Made by a program: the position numbers and the translations under genes. This document shows, piece after piece, positions 26,713-32,000 of a stretch of 32,000 bases of DNA. The number at the start of each line of letters is the position of its first letter. The stretch's first letter is position 1. The notes under the pieces are model-generated. The model had not been told where the DNA came from. It ran no database searches and saw only the letters and a list, made by a program, of their open reading frames with translations. Source of the stretch: an uncultured Opitutales bacterium (GTDB lineage: Bacteria; Verrucomicrobiota; Verrucomicrobiia; Opitutales; Intestinicryptomonadaceae); contig CAKUIA010000005.1 of the NCBI GenBank assembly GCA_934660865.1, forward strand, positions 60,001 to 92,000, read 5' to 3'.

Positions 26713-27713
26713 TGGTTAACGACTTATATTCAGTAATCATTGCGGGCACGGGCTCTTATGTCCCCCGGAAAATCGTAACTAATTTCGACCTGGAAAAGAT
26801 TGTCGACACCTCCGACCAATGGATTTACGAAAGGTCGGGAATAAAGGAAAGACGCATTGCCGAAGACGGCGAAGCGGCTTCGGATATGGCGCTAAAGGCG
26901 GCTAAAAACGCCCTGATAGACGCAAACGTTACCGCCGAAGAGATAGATTTGGTTATAGTAACAACCGTTACCCCCGATATGGCGTTTCCGTCTACGGCGT
27001 GCCTTTTGCAGGCAAAACTCGGCATACGCAACAACATTGCGTGCTTCGACGTTTCGGCCGCCTGTTCGGGCTTTGTCTACGGGGTGGAAGTTGCGTCTAA
27101 AATGATGCTTTCGGGGCTTTACAAAAATGCGCTGGTTGTTGCCTCCGAAAAGCTTTCGTCGATACTCGACTGGCGGGACCGCAACACATGCGTGCTGTTC
27201 GGCGACGGCGCGGGAGCCGTGGTATTGCGCACCGAAGAAAAAAGCCGCTACGGAATTATGGGCTCGGTATTGGGCGCCGACGGCTCCAGAACGGTTAAGC
27301 TGGAACTTCCCGCAGGGGGCAGCCTGATTCCCGCAACCGAGCAAAGCGTAAAAGACAGGCTGCATTTTATAAAAATGGACGGCCGCGAAGTCTTTAAAAA
27401 CGCGGTAAGAATTATGCAGGAAAAGGCGTTTGAAGTCTGCAATTTGTGCAACATAAAGCCCGAGGACATAAACCTGCTAATCCCCCACCAGGCGAATATG
27501 CGCATAATAGAAAGCGTGGCCAAACGCCTGCATATCGAAAGGGAAAAAATCTTTGTAAACATAGAAAAATACGCAAACACATCTTCGGCGTCCATACCCA
27601 TTGCCTTGGACGAGGCAAAAAAATCGGGCAGGCTGCATACCGACGACATTCTTTTGTTTGTGGCGTTCGGTGCGGGCTTGACGTGGGGCGCAACTTTGAT
27701 TAGATGGAAGTAG
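26712..27713 (+). CDS. fabH: 3-oxoacyl-ACP synthase III
   Basis: 333 aa with active-site Cys in FDVSAACSGF, plus HQANMRI and GAGLTWGA. Its ATG overlaps the plsX stop. Confidence 0.9.
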   Translation: MVNDLYSVIIAGTGSYVPRKIVTNFDLEKIVDTSDQWIYERSGIKERRIAEDGEAASDMALKAAKNALIDANVTAEEIDLVIVTTVTPDMAFPSTACLLQAKLGIRNNIACFDVSAACSGFVYGVEVASKMMLSGLYKNALVVASEKLSSILDWRDRNTCVLFGDGAGAVVLRTEEKSRYGIMGSVLGADGSRTVKLELPAGGSLIPATEQSVKDRLHFIKMDGREVFKNAVRIMQEKAFEVCNLCNIKPEDINLLIPHQANMRIIESVAKRLHIEREKIFVNIEKYANTSSASIPIALDEAKKSGRLHTDDILLFVAFGAGLTWGATLIRWK

Positions 27714-27717
27714 TTTT

Positions 27718-28938
27718 ATGAAAAAATTTTTTAAATGTGCGATAACGGCCTTTGCGCTTTGCGCATTCTGCCAAAACCCCTTTGCCGATTTGGTTTGGAC
27801 AAAAGACAAAGGCTGGCAAATTCAGGGCGGCGTTCTCGCCAAAGTTGTGGGCGAAAACACAAATGTAGAAAACGCCCTGCAGGGAATGAATTTGGCGAAA
27901 AAAGCCCAAAACGAGGAAAGCTACGGGCAGGCTTTGGCGCTATACCAGGTTGTAGTTTCCGACTATCCCAATTCGATTTTCGCCCCCGAAGCCTACTGCC
28001 AAATGGGCATTATCTACACAAAAAGGCACCAGTGGGAGCGCGCAAACGAGTGCTTTCAGACAATTATAAGAAAGTATCCCGACTACCCGAATTTCAACCA
28101 GGTAATAGGCCGCCAATACGAGGTTGCCTCGCTTATACAAAGCGGCGAACACCCGTATTTATGGGGGTGGTTCCCGTGGTTTTTAAACTATAAAGACGCA
28201 ATCAAGATTTTCGAAGACGTAATTTCGAACGCACCCTATTCCGAATATGCGCCCATGGCGCTTATGAATATTTCGCTTTGCGCCCAAAGCAACGACGAGC
28301 CCGAAACTTCGATAGACGCTTTGGACAGGCTTATAAATGTATACCCGAAAAGCGATTTGGTGCCCGATGCGTATTTGCAGCTGGCAAAAACATACCGCAA
28401 TATGGTTGAAGGCCCCCACTACGACCAAACCCCCACAAAAGAGGCCATAGCCTTTTACCAAGACTACATAATTCTTTTCCCCAACGAAAAGGATTCGGTT
28501 CACGCCGAAAACGGCCTTTACGTTATGCAGGACACTCTGGCGCGCAGCCGCCTTATTATGGGCGATTTCTATTATTTTTACCGCACCGACAATACAGCGG
28601 CGGCCGTATTCTACAATGAAGCCATTACTCTTGCCCCCAAAAGCCCCGCGGCCGACCTGGCAAGAGAGCAGCTAAAGCTTATAGCCGAGGGCGAAATAGC
28701 CCCGATGACCCCCGTAGACTGGGTTTTCGGCCGCTACGAAAAGCCCGATGTAGACACATTTGAAGACGAGACAAAGACGGAAAAAATGCAGACCGAAAAG
28801 TTCTCGGAAATCCAGGACGAAGTGTTCGAAGCCGAAGTAAAGGCTTTGGACAAAAGCGAAAACGCAAAAAAATCTCCCGTAGAATTTGTGCCGCTTTTGC
28901 CCGAAACAAACGAAGAGGGCTTTGTCGACCAACCCTAG
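27718..28938 (+). CDS. BamD/YfiO-like TPR outer-membrane assembly protein with long acidic C-terminal extension
   Basis: 406 aa with a signal-like N-terminus. Repeated TPR-like units carry the YP.S..AP.A and Y..A motifs typical of BamD. The last roughly 90 aa are rich in Glu, Asp and Lys. Confidence 0.55.
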   Translation: MKKFFKCAITAFALCAFCQNPFADLVWTKDKGWQIQGGVLAKVVGENTNVENALQGMNLAKKAQNEESYGQALALYQVVVSDYPNSIFAPEAYCQMGIIYTKRHQWERANECFQTIIRKYPDYPNFNQVIGRQYEVASLIQSGEHPYLWGWFPWFLNYKDAIKIFEDVISNAPYSEYAPMALMNISLCAQSNDEPETSIDALDRLINVYPKSDLVPDAYLQLAKTYRNMVEGPHYDQTPTKEAIAFYQDYIILFPNEKDSVHAENGLYVMQDTLARSRLIMGDFYYFYRTDNTAAAVFYNEAITLAPKSPAADLAREQLKLIAEGEIAPMTPVDWVFGRYEKPDVDTFEDETKTEKMQTEKFSEIQDEVFEAEVKALDKSENAKKSPVEFVPLLPETNEEGFVDQP

Positions 28939-28955
28939 TTTAGCGGAAACAGACC

Positions 28956-29465
28956 ATGAAAAAACTTTTACTTATCGCATTGGCTTTCGCGTCGCTAATT
29001 TCGTTTACGGCGTGCCACTACCAGCTGGCGGGAACCCCCGCAAAGCTTCCCTTTAAAAGCATATATGTAAAGCCCGTAAGGAACAATTCGTTTGCCCCGC
29101 AGGCGGGAGACTTGCTGACGGCGCAGCTTTGCAACTATTTGTCGAGAGCGGGGCAACTAAGCCTTGCCGGCGAAGGCGACGCAAACGCCCTTTTGGAAGT
29201 TGTAATAACCGAATACGAAAAAACCCCATGGGCTTCGAGCGAAAGGGATACGGGTATTTCGCAGTCTTTTAGGCTTAAAATGACGGTTTCGTGCACGCTA
29301 AAAAACAGGGCAACCAACGAAGTTTACTTTAAAGACCGCCTTATAACAAAATACATAACGGCCTATGCGGCGTCGGGCCAGGCCGAATCGGAATATCAAA
29401 ATATGCCGCAGCTTACGCGCGAAATCGCAAAAGACGCGGCAAACGAGGTAACGGCAATATGGTAA
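28956..29465 (+). CDS. LptE-like LPS-assembly lipoprotein
   Basis: 169 aa with lipoprotein signal LISFTAC. The mature N-terminus C-HYQLAG resembles E. coli LptE C-GWHLR. Size and beta-rich pattern also fit. Confidence 0.5.
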   Translation: MKKLLLIALAFASLISFTACHYQLAGTPAKLPFKSIYVKPVRNNSFAPQAGDLLTAQLCNYLSRAGQLSLAGEGDANALLEVVITEYEKTPWASSERDTGISQSFRLKMTVSCTLKNRATNEVYFKDRLITKYITAYAASGQAESEYQNMPQLTREIAKDAANEVTAIW

Positions 29466-30118
29466 ACAAATTCGAGCTTTCGCCCTCGATTTTGGCGGGC
29501 AACTACGCAAATTTGGGCGCTTCGGCAAAAGAGGTTGAAAACGCCTCTTTAAGCTGGATACATATCGACATTATGGACGGCCACTTTGTGCCCAACCTAA
29601 GCTTTGGCCCGCAGCTTATTGCAGACCTAAAAAAGGTTTGCCCCGACTTGTTTTACGACACCCATTTAATGCTGGACAACCCGCATTTGTATATAGACGC
29701 TTTTGCAAAGGCGGGCGCAAACTTGATTTGCGTGCATGTAGAGCCCGACTACCCCATACAGGCAACATTGCAGGATATTCACGAAAAGGGCTGCCAAGTG
29801 GGGATAAGCCTTAACCCGAAAACCGACATTGCGCAAGTATACAACTACCTGCCCTTTGTAGACTTGGTTTTGGTTATGAGCGTACAACCCGGCTTTGGCG
29901 GGCAAAAGTTTCAGGATATTGCGTATTCCAAAGTGCAAACGCTAAAAAAGTGGCGCGACGAGCTAAAACTTGGCTTCCGCATAGAGGTAGACGGCGGCGT
30001 AAACGCCGACAATGTGCAAGAGCTTATAAAATGCGGCGCCGACACCATTGTTGCGGGAACGGCGTTCTATAAAAACAAAGACGCCCTGCTGGGAAAAATA
30101 AAAGAGGCTTTGTCTTAA
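29459..30118 (+). CDS. rpe: ribulose-phosphate 3-epimerase
   Basis: 219 aa with blocks SPSILAG, HIDIMDGHFVPN, VHVE, MSVQPGFGGQKF and EVDGG. Its start overlaps the end of the upstream gene by 7 nt. Confidence 0.9.
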   Translation: MVNKFELSPSILAGNYANLGASAKEVENASLSWIHIDIMDGHFVPNLSFGPQLIADLKKVCPDLFYDTHLMLDNPHLYIDAFAKAGANLICVHVEPDYPIQATLQDIHEKGCQVGISLNPKTDIAQVYNYLPFVDLVLVMSVQPGFGGQKFQDIAYSKVQTLKKWRDELKLGFRIEVDGGVNADNVQELIKCGADTIVAGTAFYKNKDALLGKIKEALS

Positions 30119-30126
30119 AAAGCTTT

Positions 30127-30152
30127 ATGCGCCTTTTTTAGGGCGCATTTTT
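30127..30152 (+). terminator. rho-independent terminator after rpe, in the convergent junction with the HAD-like gene
   Basis: ATGCGCC pairs with GGCGCAT as a 7-bp stem with an 8-nt loop. The hairpin is followed by TTTTT. Its 3-prime arm runs into the HAD gene stop codon. Confidence 0.7.
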
Positions 30153-30999
30153 ATGCCACCGCTTTGGCGACGTCAATAAGGTCGTCTACAACAATATCGG
30201 GTATTGTCCCGTTTTCGGGGAAATCCACCCTTTCGCCGCCGGTAAACAATGCCGTCTTAAAGCCCGTTTTCGCGGCGGGAATTATGTCTTTTTGCATATC
30301 GCTGCCGACATATAAAACCGATTTCGGCGAAAGCGAATAGGTTTTTTCGAAATACTCGGCCGCGCTTTCAAACAATATGTTCGACGGCTTTGCCCTGCGG
30401 TACAAAAAAGACCATACGCAGTTTTGCTCGTCGAACCCCAGTTGCGCCATGCTTTTGCCCGCTATTACCGGGAAGATATACGGGGCAAAAAACTGCGCGT
30501 CGGAAACGGTTATCATTTTCAGCCCCGCCTTCTTTAGCGCGTTTAACGTGCGTATTGCATTGGGCATAAGCCAGGCCGAACGCGACAAAATCTCGAAATT
30601 TACGGCAAGCTTTTTTATTGCGGCCTCGTTTACTTTGCCCTTTACCAAATTTTCCGAGGCCAGATTTTCCAGCAAATCCTCGTATATTAAAAGCAGGTCT
30701 ACTTCGGGGTTTTTAACGCCCTCTTTTGCCCTTATGTCTTTGTGCGCCCTCTGCATGTCCATAAAAGCCCTGCCGAAATCGAAAGAGCCGCAATCTTTGG
30801 GCATAAAGCCCGAAAACAGCAGGGCCTTTCTAAAATTCGCATCGCAGTAGTCGCCGAAAGGCTCGGTCCAAACAAGCGTTCGGTAAAAATTCCATACAAC
30901 GGCCTTTATTCCCGATATTTTCCGCAAAAAACTTTGCGCGGCTTTGTGTCGGGCTTTTTGGGGTTTACATAAAATCTTTGTTGCGTCGGAGTGTTTCAT
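30151..30999 (-). CDS. HAD-superfamily-like protein with substituted motif I
   Basis: 282 aa from ATG 30999. HAD motifs II (MITVSDAQ), III (RRAKPS) and IV (YVGSDMQKD) are present. Motif I reads VVWNFYRTL instead of hhhDxDGTL. The TTG start at 31020 is less likely. Confidence 0.65.
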   Translation of the reverse strand: MKHSDATKILCKPQKARHKAAQSFLRKISGIKAVVWNFYRTLVWTEPFGDYCDANFRKALLFSGFMPKDCGSFDFGRAFMDMQRAHKDIRAKEGVKNPEVDLLLIYEDLLENLASENLVKGKVNEAAIKKLAVNFEILSRSAWLMPNAIRTLNALKKAGLKMITVSDAQFFAPYIFPVIAGKSMAQLGFDEQNCVWSFLYRRAKPSNILFESAAEYFEKTYSLSPKSVLYVGSDMQKDIIPAAKTGFKTALFTGGERVDFPENGTIPDIVVDDLIDVAKAVA

Positions 31000-31070
31000 A
31001 ATGCAATATATGTTCGGCAAATAAAAATATTGGCCCTACTTTTTTAACGGCATACCACAATAAAACTTTA

Positions 31071-31808
31071 ATGGACCCGGCTTTCGACAAAACGCAAAAA
31101 ATACCCGAACATATTGCCATAATTATGGACGGCAACGGCCGTTGGGCAAAAGAGCGCGGCCTGCCGCGCACAAGCGGGCACAAAGCCGGGGCAAAAGCCC
31201 TTAAAGAAGTCGTTAGGGCCGCGAAAAAAAACGGAGTAAAATACCTTACGCTATACGCGTTTTCGTCGGAAAACTGGAACAGGCCAAAAGACGAGGTTAA
31301 GGCTCTTATGGCGCTGCTTTGCGCCTCGCTAAAAAGCTACAAAAAGAATTTTGTAAAAGAAAAAATACGCTTTGAAACCATAGGCGACATTTCGGCGCTG
31401 GACGAAAAATGCCGAAAGCTGATTGCACAAACAAAAGAGCTTACCAAAGACTTTTCGGAGCATACCCTTGTTTTGGCGCTAAACTACGGCAGCCGCAACG
31501 AGCTGGAATTTGCCGTAAAAAACATAGTTAAAGACGCCCTTTCGGGGAAAATCGCCCCCGACGAAATAAACTACCAAAAAATTTCGCGGTATTTTTACAC
31601 AAAAGACATTCCAGACCCCGACTTTATCATAAGAACATCGGGCGAAAGCAGGCTTAGCAACTACCTGCTTATGCAGGCCGCCTATGCCGAGCTATATTTT
31701 ACAAACACCTATTGGCCCGACTTCGGCGAAGAGGAGTTCGACAAGGCATTGATTGAATTTGCAAAGCGCAACCGCCGCTACGGGAAAACCCAAGAACAGA
31801 TAAAATGA
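31071..31808 (+). CDS. uppS: undecaprenyl diphosphate synthase (cis-prenyltransferase)
   Basis: 245 aa with blocks HIAIIMDGNGRWA, LTLYAFSSENWNRP, IRTSGESRLSN and RRYGK. Confidence 0.9.
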   Translation: MDPAFDKTQKIPEHIAIIMDGNGRWAKERGLPRTSGHKAGAKALKEVVRAAKKNGVKYLTLYAFSSENWNRPKDEVKALMALLCASLKSYKKNFVKEKIRFETIGDISALDEKCRKLIAQTKELTKDFSEHTLVLALNYGSRNELEFAVKNIVKDALSGKIAPDEINYQKISRYFYTKDIPDPDFIIRTSGESRLSNYLLMQAAYAELYFTNTYWPDFGEEEFDKALIEFAKRNRRYGKTQEQIK

Positions 31809-32000
31809 GAAAACGCACAATAAGCTCTTTGATTTTAATTGCCATAGTATATTTTGCCGTGGCCTTTGCGGGCAAATGGGCAACAGCCCTAATATTTTGG
31901 CTGTTGGCATCGGGCGGAATTTTGGAATGCAGCAACATTCTAAAAAAGCTGAATGTTGCAACAAACTTTGTGGCAACGGAGCTTGCAAACCTTTTCCTTA
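31805..32000 (+). CDS. cdsA: phosphatidate cytidylyltransferase, N-terminal fragment truncated by the window end
   Basis: The ATG overlaps the uppS stop (ATGA). The hydrophobic N-terminus is MRKRTISSLILIAIVYFAVAF. The uppS-cdsA order is a common conserved pair. The identity rests mostly on synteny. Confidence 0.5.
   Translation, partial: MRKRTISSLILIAIVYFAVAFAGKWATALIFWLLASGGILECSNILKKLNVATNFVATELANLFL

Overview
Gene-dense chromosomal segment, about 90% coding, from a diderm bacterium. The diderm call rests on BamD-like, LptE-like and TorF-type porin genes. I found no rRNA, tRNA, CRISPR array, transposase or integrase. Left to right: a secreted GDPD phosphodiesterase and a GH92 glycosidase (+). 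A 350-nt non-coding gap follows, with two terminators and a probable SRP (4.5S) RNA on the minus strand. Next is a minus-strand operon orf127-sufC-sufB-sufD-orf332. Then come an MBL-fold hydrolase, a TorF-family porin and comM/yifB (+). A minus-strand four-gene operon follows (secreted SGNH protein, free-standing ACP, compact adenylating ligase, SDR). After it come tex, an isolated rhaA and a minimal Tsr3/DTW-like gene. A complete F1Fo operon atpBEFHAGDC follows, then rpmF-plsX-fabH, bamD-like, lptE-like and rpe. The window ends with a minus-strand HAD-like gene and uppS-cdsA (cdsA truncated by the window edge). Several ORF-track starts were trimmed (sufB, sufD, atpB, atpF, GH92, SGNH, HAD) because the longest ORF used TTG or overlapped the upstream gene. 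The loci most worth follow-up are: (1) the carrier-protein acylation operon with dlt-like logic but no MBOAT; (2) the SUF operon bracketed by two uncharacterised genes and fronted by a perfect 18-bp palindrome; (3) a bacterial Tsr3-like protein; (4) a truncated ATP synthase delta subunit; (5) two enzyme homologs, HAD and GH92, whose catalytic motifs appear substituted. All functional calls come from motif recognition by eye. No database search was run.
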